DNA from: Tubulanus polymorphus
Lineage: Eukaryota; Animalia; Nemertea
DNA: 64,000 nt
Direction of reading: 5' to 3'
Assembly (NCBI RefSeq): GCF_964204645.1
Contig: NW_027437435.1
Span: forward strand, 116,836 to 180,835
The notes below the pieces were generated by a model. It worked only from the letters and a program-made list of their open reading frames with translations. It was not told the origin of the DNA and ran no database searches. The number at the start of each line of letters is the position of its first letter. The stretch's first letter is position 1. Positions 62,001 to 64,000 of the stretch are shown piece by piece. Made by a program: the position numbers and the translations under genes.

Positions 62001-64000
62001 CGCTGAACTACGTTTTCGCGTCGAAAAGTGCTTTTCCTGACGATTTGAGCGCTTTTACGCATCGACATTGTCGTTTTACCGATAGGGAGAATATTCGACA
62101 CGAAAACGTCTTTTCTCGCGCTGAACGACGTTTTCGCGTCGAAAAGTGCTTTTCCTGACGATTTGAGCGCTTTTACGCATCGACATTGTCGTTTTACCGA
62201 TAGTGAGAATATTCGATAAGAAAACGTCTTTTCTCGCGCTGAACTACGTTTTCGCGTCGAAAAGTGCTTTTCCTGACGATTTGAGCGCTTTTACGCATCG
62301 GCATTGTCGTTTTTCCGATCGGGGGAATATTCGATAAGAAAACGTCTTTTCTCGCGCCGAACGACGTTTTCGCGTCGAAAAGTGCTTTTCCTGACGATTT
62401 GAGCGCTTTTACGCATCGATATTGTCGTTTTACCGATAGGGAGAATATTCGACACGAAAACGACTTTTCTCGCGCTGAACGACGTTTTCGGGTCGAAAAG
62501 TGCTTTTCCTGACGATTTGAGCGCTTTTACGCATCGACATTGTCGTTTTACCGATAGGGAGAATATTCGACACGAAAACGTCTTTTCTCGCGCTGAACGA
62601 CGTTTTCGCGTCGAAAAGTGCTTTTCCTGACGATTTGAGCACTTTTACGCATCGACATTGTCGTTTTACCGATAGTGAGAATATTCAATACGAAAACGAC
62701 TTTTCTCGCGCTGAACGACGTTTTCGGGTCGAAAAGTGCTTTTCCTGACGATTTGAGCGCTTTTACGCATCGACATTGTCGTTTTTCCGATAGGGGGAAT
62801 AGTCGATACGAAAACGTCTTTTCTCGCGCTGAGCGACGTCTTCGCGTCGAAAAGTGCTTTTCTTGACGATTTGAGCGCTTTTACGCATCGACATTGTCGT
62901 TTTTCCGATAGGGGGAATATTCGAAAAGAAAACGTCTTTTCTCGCGCTCAGCGACGTTTTCGCGTCGAAAAGTGCTTTTCCTGACGATTTGAGCGCTTTT
63001 ACGCATCGATATTGTCGTTTTTCCGATAGGGGGAATATTCGATAAGAAAACGTCTTTTCTCGCGCTGAACTACGTTTTCGCGTCGAAAAGTGCTTTTCCT
63101 GACGATTTGAGCGCTTTTACGCATCGACATTGTCGTTTTACCGATAGGGAGAATATTCGACACGAAAACGTCTTTTCTCGCGCTGAACGACGTTTTCGCG
63201 TCGAAAAGTGCTTTTCCTGACGATTTGAGCGCTTTTACGTATCGACATTGTCGTTTTTCCGATAGGGGGAATATTCGATAAGAAAACGTCTTTTCTCGCG
63301 CTGAACTACGTTTTCGCGTCGAAAAGTGCTTTTCCTGACGATTTGAGCGCTTTTACGCATCGACATTGTCGTTTTTCCGATAGGGGGAATATTCGATACG
63401 AAAACGTCTTTCCTCGCGCTGAGCGACGTTTTCGCGTCGAAAAGTGCTTTTCTTGACGATTTGAGCGCTTTTACGAATCGACATTGTCGTTTTACCGATA
63501 GTGAGAATATTCGATAAGAAAACGTCTTTTCTCGCGCTGAACTACGTTTTCGCGTCGAAAAGTGCTTTTCCTGACGATTTGAGCGCTTTTACGCATCGAC
63601 ATTGTCGTTTTACCGATAGGGAGAATATTCGACACGAAAACGTCTTTTCTCGCGCTGAACGACGTTTTCGCGTCGAAAAGTGCTTTTCCTGACGATTTGA
63701 GCGCTTTTACGCATCGACATTGTCGTTTTACCGATAGTGAGAATATTCGGTACGAAAACGTCTTTTCTCGCGCCGAACGACGTTTTTGCGTCGACAAGTG
63801 CTTTTCCTGACGATTTGAGCGCTTTTACGCATCGACATTGTCGTTTTACCGATAGTGAGAATATTCAATACGAAAACGACTTTTCTCGCGCTGAACGACG
63901 TTTTCGGGTCGAAAAGTGCTTTTCCTGACGATTTGAGCGCTTTTACGCATCGACATTGTCGTTTTACCGATAGGGAGAATATTCGACACGAAATCGTCTT
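35059..64000 (-). repeat. 118-bp satellite array, reverse orientation, ~245 monomers, running off the window
   Basis: Same monomer, continuing in phase with the array left of the Polinton. Confidence 0.98.

Noticed and set aside
35634-63928. Short ORFs in the right satellite
   Set aside because: Same artefact of the tandem repeat.
1-64000. Assignment of host species or proof that this is a centromere
   Set aside because: No host genes are present and I do not recognise the satellite; not supportable from the sequence alone.

Overview
This is eukaryotic repeat-rich DNA. About 46 kb is a homogeneous, CpG-rich 118-bp tandem satellite (1883-18610 and 35059-64000) with higher-order duplications and a strand-polarity switch at ~16905. 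A complete 16,448-bp Polinton/Maverick (endogenous polintovirus, 18611-35058) is inserted in the satellite, with ~90-bp TIRs (AGT...ACT) and a perfect 6-bp TSD (GTCGTT). It encodes a protein-primed PolB (pseudogenised by two frameshifts and one stop), penton, major capsid protein, an rve integrase with chromodomain, an A32-like packaging ATPase and several membrane proteins; no adenain protease is recognisable. Three traits point to giant-virus/poxvirus (NCLDV) biology. The PolB carries a full-length LAGLIDADG intein at catalytic motif C. One gene looks like a zinc-finger/VLTF3 late transcription factor. Nearly every gene starts at a poxvirus-late-like TAAATG, usually preceded by a T-tract. 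Together these suggest a satellite-dwelling, possibly helper-virus-dependent (virophage-like) element; that lifestyle is inference. Positions 1-1882 look like the end of a second, related element, which terminates in a 268-bp hairpin sharing the terminal motif AGTAAT-N10-GGCTTTCA. Protein family calls come from motif recognition only, and no searches were run.
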